From contig JABDBD010000004.1 in the NCBI GenBank assembly GCA_013288815.1, positions 18,404 to 82,403 of the forward strand: a stretch of DNA of 64,000 nt. The letters are read 5' to 3'. Numbering within the stretch: position 1 is the stretch's first letter; the number at the start of each line of letters is the position of its first letter. Made by a program: the position numbers and the translations under genes. This stretch comes from Gammaproteobacteria bacterium (lineage in GTDB: Bacteria > Pseudomonadota > Gammaproteobacteria > DSM-16500). Shown piece by piece: positions 39,284 through 49,254 of this stretch. A model generated the notes under the pieces. The model saw only the letters and a program-made list of their open reading frames with translations, was not told the origin of the DNA and did no database searches.

Positions 39284-39413
39284 TTAAGAAGGTGATTGCT
39301 GATTTTGTATATAATCTTTGATAATTGCAATAGGAGCACCGCCGCAGCTGCTGGCAAAATAACTGGGGGGCCAAAGCACTCCTTTCCAATAGTATTTCTG
39401 TTGAGTTCTTCAT
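39284..39413 (-). pseudogene. tnpA: IS200/IS605 Y1 transposase remnant with internal deletion
   Basis: ATG 39413 gives MKNSTE; another frame gives YYWKGVLWPPSYFASSCGGAPIAIIKDYIQNQQSPS*, the TnpA C-terminus. Confidence 0.85.
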
Positions 39414-39436
39414 AGGCCAAGCAGTATAGTACACAC

Positions 39437-39487
39437 ATGAAAATAAAAAAAGCCTACAAGTTTAGATTAAAAATGACTGCTGAGTGA
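39437..39487 (+). pseudogene. tnpB: TnpB N-terminal fragment
   Basis: MKIKKAYKFRLKMTAE*, the TnpB N-terminal signature, divergent from the tnpA remnant as in IS605-group elements. Confidence 0.8.
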
Positions 39488-39620
39488 GGTGCAAATGGAC
39501 TATCAAGATAAAGTTGATCTACGTCGTTCACAACGCGGTCTAGAGGAAGAAATTACTGACGCTAGGGTGGATGCATTATGTGTTTGCCCGATTAATTTAA
39601 CAGAGCAGTAATCTCGTTCC

Positions 39621-40892
39621 TTAGCTTTCTGCGATTCGAAATGCATGCTCCATATAATCTTGCTCTCTCATTGATATCCCCAGGGATCTTGCTTCTTTGC
39701 GCCAACCTTTAACTGCTTTAATGACTTCTTGAATAATTTTGTTAGCGCGCTCTGGTTTTATTCTGAAATATTCAGCAACTTCTTTGGCAAGTATGAGGTC
39801 TTGTGAGTTGTCAGTTTCAGAAATATTTAGTTTTAATCCGTTACCACTAGCAACTGGATTAATATCATATGCGGGTGATAGCACCCATCCATTGTCTTGT
39901 AGAATAAAGCCGTGATTTCTCAAATGATCATCTACATTGGAAACACAAATAAAAAATACAATTCTTGTCCACAATTGTGTCAGATCCTGTTCGGGTTGTG
40001 CGCCTTGTTGCATGATGAATTCAGCAAGTTCCAGATAACTTGCTCCTTTCGATGCGTCATCACCATCAGAATGTTGAAGTAATGTCATAGCAGAAGCAAA
40101 ATGAATACGTTCACCCTGGTTGGTACGATCAAATCGTTTACTGATAAAGGTGTGATGGCGGCTATTGAATTTCTGTAGCATCGCTTTTGGTATATTGAGT
40201 TTTGCACGTTCCGCGAGGTTATAGACAATCATTTCCCATGCACCAATATCGTATTCATCATTTCCACTGGGAAATTTAGCGATCCATAAATGTTTTTTTT
40301 CATCGACAACGCTTGCTTTAGGGCGAGCACCACCTAATGATCCGCCCGGTGCAATAAGCATTTGTAACCATTTTGAGTAGCTTGGATTTTTTTCTGAATT
40401 TTCTTTTTCAAGCTCTAAACTTGCATGTTCTAATTCTCGCAATGAAGTCCAAGGTGGTGAAGCATAAGTTTTGTTGTTATCCAGAAAAGGTCCTTGTGGA
40501 TCCGTGCGAAATCGAAGCGCGCCCATGCGATGTTCATCATAAACTCCTAAGAGATAATCTGATTCTAAAAGTTTTTTTTCTTTGCGACCTTCCTCGCGAG
40601 CAAGTTGTGCTTCTCGACGGTTCATGAGGAAGCGTCCCCAGCGATCAGGGGAGGAATCTAGAAAGATTCCAAAATTTTCTTGCCCTTGAGGAGCATATTG
40701 TGGCCCTTGAAATAACTGAAGGGATGGATCTAAAGCATGGGCTTGATTATGCTTAAGCCATTCGTGGTTATACTCGAAAGAAAATATTTCTTTGCCGCGT
40801 GAAAGGGCAGCATGTAAAACGCCTACCAAGGTTGGTTGAGATAAGCCTATCCAGTGTGCGTGGACTTCAATATGCTGCTGGGTTTTATTCAT
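39621..40892 (-). CDS. hipA: HipA-family kinase toxin
   Basis: DSSPDRWGR, GGSLGGARPKA, WIAKFPS, DDHLRNHGF, LSPAYDINP. Confidence 0.92.
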   Translation of the reverse strand: MNKTQQHIEVHAHWIGLSQPTLVGVLHAALSRGKEIFSFEYNHEWLKHNQAHALDPSLQLFQGPQYAPQGQENFGIFLDSSPDRWGRFLMNRREAQLAREEGRKEKKLLESDYLLGVYDEHRMGALRFRTDPQGPFLDNNKTYASPPWTSLRELEHASLELEKENSEKNPSYSKWLQMLIAPGGSLGGARPKASVVDEKKHLWIAKFPSGNDEYDIGAWEMIVYNLAERAKLNIPKAMLQKFNSRHHTFISKRFDRTNQGERIHFASAMTLLQHSDGDDASKGASYLELAEFIMQQGAQPEQDLTQLWTRIVFFICVSNVDDHLRNHGFILQDNGWVLSPAYDINPVASGNGLKLNISETDNSQDLILAKEVAEYFRIKPERANKIIQEVIKAVKGWRKEARSLGISMREQDYMEHAFRIAES

Positions 40893-41223
40893 GAGATTTT
40901 TTCTTTGTTGATTTTAATTTTGGTGCGCGTGCTTTGATGGGTAGGTCAGCATCTTGAAGCTTCCGACCTAGTTCATCATCACGTGCTATTAACCGTAAAT
41001 CTTTCTCAAGACCTAAGCAGAGTAAAACATTAACATAAGCACTGAATGTTACGCTTGCATCTCCTCGTTCAATTGCTCGAAGTGTATTGCGAGCAATTCC
41101 CGCGCGCTCAGCAACCATGGCTGCAGAAAATTTCCGTCGCAGCCGTGCTAGACGAATGTTTTCGCCCATTTCTGCCAACAAACGTTGTGCAGATGGTAGT
41201 ATTGGTTTTTTCTCTCTTCCCAT
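40885..41223 (-). CDS. Xre HTH antitoxin (HipB-like)
   Basis: GENIRLARLRR...AERAGIARNTLRAIERG; overlaps the hipA start. Confidence 0.88.
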   Translation of the reverse strand: MGREKKPILPSAQRLLAEMGENIRLARLRRKFSAAMVAERAGIARNTLRAIERGDASVTFSAYVNVLLCLGLEKDLRLIARDDELGRKLQDADLPIKARAPKLKSTKKKSHE

Positions 41224-41455
41224 AATGGTCAATACCTTAAACGTTTATATATATTAATGTTTATACTATTGATCATTATAGCAGATATTTTATGTAAGAG
41301 AATAGAATTTGCATGAGTATGTACCTCATAGCAGAATCTGCATTGACCTTTAATATAGTAATATAGCTACCATACTGTAATTGTTTTTTTTCATAAAAAT
41401 GCATATAATTACCCTGTAAAAATGACAATTGAATGATAAAATACAGGGTATTTTT

Positions 41456-42781
41456 ATGAAAAGGGCAATTATTCAAGAGCTTATAAAATGGAAAAATGCG
41501 CCTGGCAGAATGCCCTTGTTGGTGAGAGGGGCGCGTCAAACTGGTAAAAGCTACATTATTAAGCGCTTAGGACAAGACTATTTCAAGAATACAATTATCA
41601 TCAATTTTGAGTTAGAGCCTCGTTACAAAAATTGTTTTAAGACGCTTGATCCCAAAAAAGTTATTCAAGAAATAGAAATACTCTCTAATCAAAGTGTTGT
41701 TCCTGGTGAAAGTCTTTTATTCTTGGATGAAATCCAAGAATGTCCCGCCGCTATCCAGTCTTTACGATATTTTTTTGAAAATTTACCTAATCTCCATGTA
41801 ATTGGAGCGGGATCATTTCTTGAATTTAGCTTGGGAGAAAAAACGCATGGTATGCCTGTTGGCCGTGTAGAATTTCAATATCTTTATCCAATGACGTTTA
41901 GTGAAATGTTGATAGTCTTAGCAGAGGATAAGATATTAGAGTTTATGAAAAATTTGCGAATCACTGATACGATACCTACTTCTATTCACCAAAAATTACT
42001 AGAATTAATGCGCTTATACTGCATAACAGGAGGTATGCCACAGGTCTTAGCGCACTATTCAGAACACAGAAATTTATTACAATGCCGTCACATGCAGACT
42101 GCTTTATTAAACACGTATCGCTCTGATTTTGGAAAATATGCTACCCGCGTACAGCAACAATTTTGTGAACGTGTTTTTGAAAAAGCACCAACGTTAATAT
42201 GCCAACATTTTAAGTATACGGATATTGATCCTGATTTAGATGGTCGATCCATCAAAGCTGCCATCAAGTTACTTTGTAAGGCCAATGTCTTAACACCAAT
42301 TTATTATACGTCTGCAAATGGCTTACCTTTATCTGCTACACAGATAGAAAAACGTTATAAGTTATTATTTTTGGATATTGGATTAGTACAAGCTAGCTCT
42401 CACATCTCACCCGAGCTGTTACTTAATCAAGATTTAATGCAAATTAATCGCGGGACTTTGACAGAACAATTCATTGGTCAGCATCTTATCACTTTGCAAG
42501 CCAGCAATGATCGCGCAACTTTGTATTACTGGCAACGTGATGCGCGTGGCAGCCAAGCTGAAGTAGATTATGTCATTGCATTAGGATCACAAATCATTCC
42601 CATGGAAATCAAAGCAGGAAAAACAGGACGTTTAAAATCCTTGCATCTTTTTATGGAATCACACAAAAGTCAGTTAGGGATTAAACTCTCTCAAGAAAGT
42701 TTTAATACTCGCGAAAAAATTTGGGTGGTACCCTTGTATCTGATTGAAGAATTGCCACGATTGATAGAAAACGCCAGGTAG
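41456..42781 (+). CDS. AAA+ ATPase with DUF4143 C-terminal domain
   Basis: GARQTGKS, LDEIQ, GAGS, PVGRV, GGMP, AEVDY..PMEIKAG. Confidence 0.88.
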   Translation: MKRAIIQELIKWKNAPGRMPLLVRGARQTGKSYIIKRLGQDYFKNTIIINFELEPRYKNCFKTLDPKKVIQEIEILSNQSVVPGESLLFLDEIQECPAAIQSLRYFFENLPNLHVIGAGSFLEFSLGEKTHGMPVGRVEFQYLYPMTFSEMLIVLAEDKILEFMKNLRITDTIPTSIHQKLLELMRLYCITGGMPQVLAHYSEHRNLLQCRHMQTALLNTYRSDFGKYATRVQQQFCERVFEKAPTLICQHFKYTDIDPDLDGRSIKAAIKLLCKANVLTPIYYTSANGLPLSATQIEKRYKLLFLDIGLVQASSHISPELLLNQDLMQINRGTLTEQFIGQHLITLQASNDRATLYYWQRDARGSQAEVDYVIALGSQIIPMEIKAGKTGRLKSLHLFMESHKSQLGIKLSQESFNTREKIWVVPLYLIEELPRLIENAR

Positions 42782-42817
42782 CTTAAACACTCCTCAGAAC
42801 TTTAATACTTTAATACT

Positions 42818-42845
42818 TTGACATACTTATAATAACTTATATAAT
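42818..42845 (+). promoter_or_regulatory. consensus sigma70 promoter
   Basis: TTGACA (42818-42823)-N16-TATAAT (42840-42845). Confidence 0.7.
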
Positions 42846-43041
42846 ACGCCGTATAAATTTTATATTAACGGCGCGCGCGTGTACAATAAATATTCTGTTG
42901 TCGTGTCGGCTGTGTTTTGAACGCTTCTATCCTCTCTTGTGCATTTCACTTAGATTATCAATCCAAGACGAACATCATGCATCACTTATGAAGATAGACT
43001 TGTTTAAAACTAAACGCAGGCTATAGCGGGTAAATTATATT

Positions 43042-43764
43042 ATGCAATCAGCTTCTATTTTAGAGCAATACGACATTGCTTTAGAAAATAAAAATCAAAC
43101 TCAAAGCAGCTATTTGATTTTCTTAGCTATGATGTCTTTAAATATCATGCTTTGCACCGGCGTGCTCTCCATGATAGTAAAAGTCGGATTTCTTTACACC
43201 ATGGCAGGAACATTAGTGGTGCCATTGTGGTTCACTTTAAATGACATCATCGCAGAAGTTTATGGTTATAAAGTTGCAAAAAAAATAATATGGTTTGGCT
43301 TCGCGTGCCAAGCAATTTTTGGTATTGCTTCTAATCTTCTTATTCAACTACCAGAACCTGGCTTTGCACATAATCAACATGCTTATCAAACAGTCTTACA
43401 ACCTATATTACACATTTGCGCAAGCGGCTTCTTTGCCTTTATTGCTGGCGGGTTTATTAATATTTACCTTATTTCGAAATGGAAAATCTTATTGCGTGGA
43501 CGATATTTTTGGTTGCGAAGCTTGGGTGCTTCAACAATTTCTGAGTTTATTTTTACAGTACTTGCCGTGCTCTTAATTCAACTAGGTAAATTACCTTTAA
43601 GTGGAATTCTAACTATTATTATCACGTCGTATTCATTAAAAGTTATTTACAGCATTTTCTTAGCCTATCCTGCAAATCTCTTAGCCTTGATCATCAAGAA
43701 AGCTGACGAAGTTGATGTTTATGACTACAACACTAATTTTAATCCTTTTAAATTTACAGACTAA
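43042..43764 (+). CDS. VUT/YhhQ-family (queuosine precursor) transporter
   Basis: PLWFTLNDIIAEVYGY, KWKILLRGRYFWLRSLGAST, DVYDYNTNFNPF; several TM helices. Confidence 0.85.
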   Translation: MQSASILEQYDIALENKNQTQSSYLIFLAMMSLNIMLCTGVLSMIVKVGFLYTMAGTLVVPLWFTLNDIIAEVYGYKVAKKIIWFGFACQAIFGIASNLLIQLPEPGFAHNQHAYQTVLQPILHICASGFFAFIAGGFINIYLISKWKILLRGRYFWLRSLGASTISEFIFTVLAVLLIQLGKLPLSGILTIIITSYSLKVIYSIFLAYPANLLALIIKKADEVDVYDYNTNFNPFKFTD

Positions 43765-43854
43765 AATATCAAGTAGCTTTTATGAAACCTCCGTTTATTA
43801 GTGCATACTCAATACAAAATTATTTAACTGCTGAAAATGGAATCATTGAAGCAT

Positions 43855-44150
43855 TTGACATCCTCTCCGCCCTAAAGGACGAAGATTCCTGATTATCACA
43901 TCAGACTGAGCATGGCTCACGCTTTCTCAGTAGTTCCTGCTTCCGATCTCTTGTGAGATTCGATTCACAGGCCAACACGGCGTGCCCCGCCGCTAACACA
44001 TTCTTTGCTGCATGAATGTCGGCATCTTCCTGATGCTCGCACTGGGTACAACAAAATTCAGATTGCAAAAGACGATTGTTTTTATCGATATTCCAGCAAA
44101 TCACGCACTGCTGACTCGTATACTTTGGATTTACTTTCATGAATATTCCA
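43855..44150 (-). mobile_element. tnpB: IS200/IS605 right end with TnpB C-terminal fragment
   Basis: VNPKYTSQQC..C...C..C..DADIHAAKNVLAAGHAVLAC, then CAGGAATCTTCGTCCTTTAGGGCGGAGAGGATGTCAA (hairpin plus TCAA end). Confidence 0.9.
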
Positions 44151-44275
44151 CTTTTTTCGCTCCGGGCCACAAAAATCTGACATTTCTGAACCTTTTTGGA
44201 ATCCGAAAACCAATTGTCAACAGACCCTATATTGCATATCTCAAAATGCAATGGAGATAGGTTGATAGTAGGTAG

Positions 44276-45334
44276 TTACTCATGTGTTTCAACAGTGAGT
44301 CTTTCTAAATGACGATAGTCACGGCGATTCATCGTCGTTTCGCTATACTGCATATTGTCATAAAAAATAATTTGCGAACCAGCAGATTCAAATTGAAATG
44401 GGACTAGTAATAAATCTTTTAATGCTTCACACAGCTTAGCTTTATTTTCTGGCGTTACAAAAAACAACATGAAACCGCCGCCGCCTGCACCTAATAATTT
44501 TCCGCCGATAGCGCCAGATTTTTTAGCTCTATCGTAAATATCATCGATGAATGTCGGTGATATATTTTGACTGATTTTGCGTTTTAACATCCAACTTTCA
44601 TGTAAAAGTCGGCCAAAGTCGGTGATGTCGCTTCCGTTTGACAGGATGTCAATCGATTCGTCTACCATTTTATGCATAGCATGTAATTCATTTTGTTTTT
44701 TGGGTATCGATAGGATTTTATCAGCTGCAATATCAGAAGCAGTACGAGAAATTCCTGTAAAAAACAATACGAGATGGTCTTGTAAAGCATGTAACCGTTG
44801 TTGCGGTAAGACTAATGGGGAAACATCAAAATTTCCACTAGGTTGTATAGTAATTTTGTTGAGTCCACCAAAAGCAGTTTGAATTTGATCTTGAGTGCCA
44901 ACGTTTTCTCTTAAGATGTCGCGTTCAACATGGATGGCCTCGGTTGCTAATTTCCGTTTGCTGGAGATATTTCCCCGTAACGCATGCATGGCATTCAGTA
45001 ATCCGACAGTAAATGCAGAACTGGAGCCCAAGCCAGATCGAGAAGGAAGATCACCTTGATGATGAATTTCAACGCCTTGGTTAATTTGTAAGTAATTTAA
45101 AGCAGCTCTAACGACAGGATGTTGTATATCGTCGTGTTCAAAGACTTCTTCAACTTTGTTCCAGACGACTCGTGTTTTATGCTTGAAAAACGCAGGAAGT
45201 AATCGGCAATGCAAATAACAATAATGATTAATCGTTGTAGCAAGTACAGCCCCGCCATGCTCTTGAAACCACGTATGATAATCAGTGCCACCGCCAAAAA
45301 AAGAAACTCGAAAAGGTGTGCGGCTGATTATCAT
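44276..45334 (-). CDS. hddA: D-glycero-alpha-D-manno-heptose-7-phosphate kinase-like GHMP kinase
   Basis: SRTPFRVSFFGGGTD, RSGLGSSS, GTQDQ, GAGGGGF. Confidence 0.82.
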   Translation of the reverse strand: MIISRTPFRVSFFGGGTDYHTWFQEHGGAVLATTINHYCYLHCRLLPAFFKHKTRVVWNKVEEVFEHDDIQHPVVRAALNYLQINQGVEIHHQGDLPSRSGLGSSSAFTVGLLNAMHALRGNISSKRKLATEAIHVERDILRENVGTQDQIQTAFGGLNKITIQPSGNFDVSPLVLPQQRLHALQDHLVLFFTGISRTASDIAADKILSIPKKQNELHAMHKMVDESIDILSNGSDITDFGRLLHESWMLKRKISQNISPTFIDDIYDRAKKSGAIGGKLLGAGGGGFMLFFVTPENKAKLCEALKDLLLVPFQFESAGSQIIFYDNMQYSETTMNRRDYRHLERLTVETHE

Positions 45335-45511
45335 TCTAAAATTCTCCCTTAGTGACGCCGATTATCCGCAAGTTATTGTTGATTTTGTAGACATAACCCC
45401 ACTTCTTGTGAGGTCAGTAAAGCGCGGGAGTTTAGCATGCTAAGCAGGGGGTGGCAATTGATTGGTTTTGGGGTGGTTTGTTATGGTTGTTATAACAAAC
45501 CAGTCATAAAA

Positions 45512-47755
45512 TCAGGTTGTTTCATAAGCATACTGATAAGATGCTGATGACCCATAAGATGAAATCGTTTTTAAATGATTAAATACTATGCCGTTGATTT
45601 CGATGCCATGTGCATGAGATTTTCGAATAGCTTGCTTAATGTCTCTTATTGTATCTCTGCCAGCGGTGACTACGAAAAGTTTTGTATCGCATTTCTGAGC
45701 AATTAATATTGCATCAGAAACAGCAAGAACAGGTGGTGTATCAATAATGATTTGAGCGAAATCTTGTTTTAGTGCTTCAAGAAATTGATGGTAACGAGGA
45801 TTTTCGAATAGTTCAATCGGATGCGCTTTATAAGTACCGCGTGGAATAAAAAAGAAATTATTAGAAATAGGATGGATAATTTGTTGAAGTTCACATTTTC
45901 CTTCCAAATATTCACTTAATCCCGGATTTTGTATTCTATCAAACTTAACGTGTAAGCTGCCTCTTCTGATATCAGCATCAATTAATAGGGTTTTTTTACC
46001 AGTATCAGCAATTATCTGTGCTAAGTTTAATGATACAAAACTTTTACCTATGCCGCTCAATGTTCCCATGATCGCGATGACTTGGTGATTTTGAGAGTAA
46101 GACATAATTTGTAAGCTCATGCGTAAGCTTCGCAGGCTTTCAACGGCGATATCATCAGGATCTTGTTTAGCCAAGATCTTAGATGTAGACAATGGTGTTC
46201 TCAGTGTATGCAGTGTTTTTTGACTCAATTTTTCTATCCGCTTTTGACCTTGACTGTAAGGAACGATACTGAGGATGGGAATTTCAATTTCATTTTCTAA
46301 TTGATCAGAGGCTGCTATTGTCCTATTAAATGCAGATTTAAGAATGATTGCAATGGATGATAAGAAAGCTCCCATCAGAAAACCCATGATCATAGTGAGG
46401 AGCTTATGGGTAGGAACAGAAGAAGGTGGAGTAGCGTCAGTCAATGCGGTAATAGTGGGCAACAAACCTGCTTTGGCAAGCTCTAATTGAGCTTCACTGT
46501 TTAATAAAGACATGTACATCGCATTTTTTATTTTTGCATCGCGGTATAAGTTTATTTCTTGTTGGTTAGCCGTAGGAAATTGTCTAATTTGTGATTTTAA
46601 TTCTGCTAATTGTTTTTGCAGCTCGGCTTCCTTATGTACCATCGCGAGAATAATAGGATGTTGGTCTGTGTAGATTTGGGATAAATCTTCTTTTTCAGAT
46701 CTTAATTTTTCTAGATTTTGTTCTACAGTCATTAATTGTTTAGCCAAAGATTGGCTTTTCATGGACATGCTTAATGTATTATTTTGACTATGATATTGGT
46801 TAATCAAATCTTCTGATTGGCTTAGCTTGGCTTTTAATTCAGGCAATCGTTGGCTCAAGAATTCTAGTGTTTTTTGTGTTTCTTGAGATTTTTCTTGGAT
46901 ATTTTTTTCGATAGTATAACTGATGATCCCATTTAAGGCTCTAACGACTCTATTAGGGTCTGTGTCACTCAGTTGTAATTGTGAAATACCCGTTGATTGC
47001 ATTGGATCATTTCCAAATATGGGTGATATTTTTAAATTACGTACTAAACCATTTAACATGGAAAGTGGGGATTGTATTTGTAAATAAAATTCAGTTTCTG
47101 GGCGTGCGTGAAATGAGGATAGTTCCAGCTGAAATCCATTGTCTTGACTGATTAATTGTCCAGCTTTTCCAGAGAGAACTGGTCGCCCATTGGATGAATA
47201 CAGAGTGAATGTGTTTTCTTTTTCAGCGACTAAACGAAAAATTTGTCCTAGATATTTTGATGGTACAGAAAAATTTTTAACTTCTATGGCCTCACCGCCC
47301 CACGCATACTTTTTTAATCCTAGCAAAGGGCTAGCTACATTGTCGCCTTGGTAACGTCTAGCTATCCAAGCTCCAACGATAGGAAAGTAATTGGTTTTAA
47401 CAATGATATTTAGTCCAATATTTTTAATAACAGGCTCTAAAATATAGCGTGTTTTAATGACAGCCAATTGTGCCTCTGAGTCTGATTCCGTAGAAGATTT
47501 ATACCCGAATTTACTCAGCAAATTACTGTTGCTGGATGACGTATTAATTTGAATTAATGCGGTGGATTGATATTGAGGTTGTACAGTAAATGTATACAGA
47601 AATGCAATTAAAAAGGTTATTATGGATGTACCTAGAATAAACCAGATATGCTGATAAAGTTGTGTTGCGACACTACGAATGTCTAAACCTTCATCCGGAA
47701 AAAATCCTGTGGAGGTGGTGATGGGTAATTGATTATTTTGATGAGCTCCACTCAT
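45512..47755 (-). CDS. wzc: polysaccharide co-polymerase / BY-kinase
   Basis: Two TM segments, GIGKS Walker A, LLIDADIRRG, IIIDTPP, C-terminal Tyr cluster SYGSSASYQYAY. Confidence 0.92.
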   Translation of the reverse strand: MSGAHQNNQLPITTSTGFFPDEGLDIRSVATQLYQHIWFILGTSIITFLIAFLYTFTVQPQYQSTALIQINTSSSNSNLLSKFGYKSSTESDSEAQLAVIKTRYILEPVIKNIGLNIIVKTNYFPIVGAWIARRYQGDNVASPLLGLKKYAWGGEAIEVKNFSVPSKYLGQIFRLVAEKENTFTLYSSNGRPVLSGKAGQLISQDNGFQLELSSFHARPETEFYLQIQSPLSMLNGLVRNLKISPIFGNDPMQSTGISQLQLSDTDPNRVVRALNGIISYTIEKNIQEKSQETQKTLEFLSQRLPELKAKLSQSEDLINQYHSQNNTLSMSMKSQSLAKQLMTVEQNLEKLRSEKEDLSQIYTDQHPIILAMVHKEAELQKQLAELKSQIRQFPTANQQEINLYRDAKIKNAMYMSLLNSEAQLELAKAGLLPTITALTDATPPSSVPTHKLLTMIMGFLMGAFLSSIAIILKSAFNRTIAASDQLENEIEIPILSIVPYSQGQKRIEKLSQKTLHTLRTPLSTSKILAKQDPDDIAVESLRSLRMSLQIMSYSQNHQVIAIMGTLSGIGKSFVSLNLAQIIADTGKKTLLIDADIRRGSLHVKFDRIQNPGLSEYLEGKCELQQIIHPISNNFFFIPRGTYKAHPIELFENPRYHQFLEALKQDFAQIIIDTPPVLAVSDAILIAQKCDTKLFVVTAGRDTIRDIKQAIRKSHAHGIEINGIVFNHLKTISSYGSSASYQYAYETT

Positions 47756-48631
47756 TTATGAAAGTCCCTTGATAGTATAATAAGTTGAGAAGTTAGGCAG
47801 CACTTGATTAACGAAGCTATTCCAGCTGTTCAACGTTGCTGCTGATACATAGACGATATCGTTTTCTTGCAAAGGAAATTGTTCTGCAATGATGAGTGAC
47901 TGTGGAGATTGTGCATTTATCCAAAATATAGTGGGTTGTTGATACGATCCACGTACTAAATAAATATGAGTAGGATCCGCTGACCCTGGGTTAATGCCAC
48001 CTGCACTGCTAATCGCTTCCATTAATGTTAATGGCTTATCTGTTATGGGTTGCATCCCTGGATTTCTTACTTCTCCAAGTACATATGTATTTCTATTTCG
48101 AAATTTGGCAACTTGCACTGTGACTTGTGGTTTACGTATATACATAGACAGGCGTTGTGTAATCTTATCTTGTATTTCATCAATGGTTAATCCGGCGACT
48201 TTTAAGTGACCGACATAGGGATAAAAAATTGTTCCGTCTGACTGCACCAGAACGGCTGGATTGGAAGCATTCGTTCCACTCGACGCTATGGTTGTCGAGG
48301 TGCTTCCCGCATTTGGGAGCGACGTATTTGATGTGGCCACAGTGCTGATATCCGAGTGTCCCCAAACAATAATATTTAAATTGTCAAAAGCGCCTATTCG
48401 GTAAGGTTGTGGTTCTAATGCTGGTTGTAGTAACTGTTGTCCTTCGGGTGTGCTCAATAGTTCTGCGCTCACAGGCATCAATTTAGGTGAGATCCATTGA
48501 CCATTAATCTTATGTGGGGTCGCAATGGTATTTGAACCTAGATAATTATCAGGAATTAAGGGTGCGCAACCATTTATAAAGCCAATAGTGGCAGCAAGTA
48601 AGACTATTTTATTTATTCGGATACGTGACAT
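47756..48631 (-). CDS. wza: outer-membrane polysaccharide export lipoprotein (short)
   Basis: Lipobox INGC, YRIG.FD.LNIIVWGH, DGTIFYPYVG, PQVTV, LQENDIVYV. Confidence 0.88.
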   Translation of the reverse strand: MSRIRINKIVLLAATIGFINGCAPLIPDNYLGSNTIATPHKINGQWISPKLMPVSAELLSTPEGQQLLQPALEPQPYRIGAFDNLNIIVWGHSDISTVATSNTSLPNAGSTSTTIASSGTNASNPAVLVQSDGTIFYPYVGHLKVAGLTIDEIQDKITQRLSMYIRKPQVTVQVAKFRNRNTYVLGEVRNPGMQPITDKPLTLMEAISSAGGINPGSADPTHIYLVRGSYQQPTIFWINAQSPQSLIIAEQFPLQENDIVYVSAATLNSWNSFVNQVLPNFSTYYTIKGLS

Positions 48632-49074
48632 GCTAAAATCCTTGTTTTCCAATCCTGCCAGGCAAGCTCGATTTGTTGAAAGGTTTTCTCAAACGCATTA
48701 TAGGGTTGCTTATAGGGATCTTGAATTTCAAATTGACTCCAATGCCCTAATAAAAATGTTTTTCCTGTTGCCGACATAAAATGACTAGAAAGAAAATTTA
48801 ATTGTTGATATGTCATGACAAGGATCAGGCTGAACTTTCTAACAAGAATATCTGTCAGTTGCAATCCTTTATGGGTAGAAATATTTATTCCATGTTCCAG
48901 CATAACTTTTTGAGCACTTAAATCTGCAGCGTGATTAACAAGCGCACCGATTCCAGCAGAGTTTACTACAATGGGTGAGTCAGAAAATTTTAACTGATGA
49001 CGAAAATAACCTTCTGCCATGGGACTTCGACAAATATTTCCTTGGCAAACCATTAATATTGACTCCATTGCCAA
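48613..49074 (-). CDS. wzb: low-molecular-weight protein tyrosine phosphatase
   Basis: VCQGNICRSPMAE, DPY. Confidence 0.92.
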   Translation of the reverse strand: MAMESILMVCQGNICRSPMAEGYFRHQLKFSDSPIVVNSAGIGALVNHAADLSAQKVMLEHGINISTHKGLQLTDILVRKFSLILVMTYQQLNFLSSHFMSATGKTFLLGHWSQFEIQDPYKQPYNAFEKTFQQIELAWQDWKTRILACHVSE

Positions 49075-49254
49075 TGCTCTATCCTTTGGTAGGTTAATTT
49101 TTGTAGGCTAGAATTCTACGAGGTTGACTGGGTGGTTGCAAGGGTTTCGTGTGAATTCAATTTTGTAAGAATTCACAAAAGTTTAGTGGGTTTCCTAAGA
49201 TGTTTTGTTATAATCCCGCAATCAAAAAGGATCTTATCGTCAGGATGATTTGTT

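Noticed and set aside
44212-44230. AATTGTCAACAGACCCTA, a possible single MITE/IS terminus next to the tnpB fragment
   Set aside because: No partner inverted repeat found, so an element cannot be delimited
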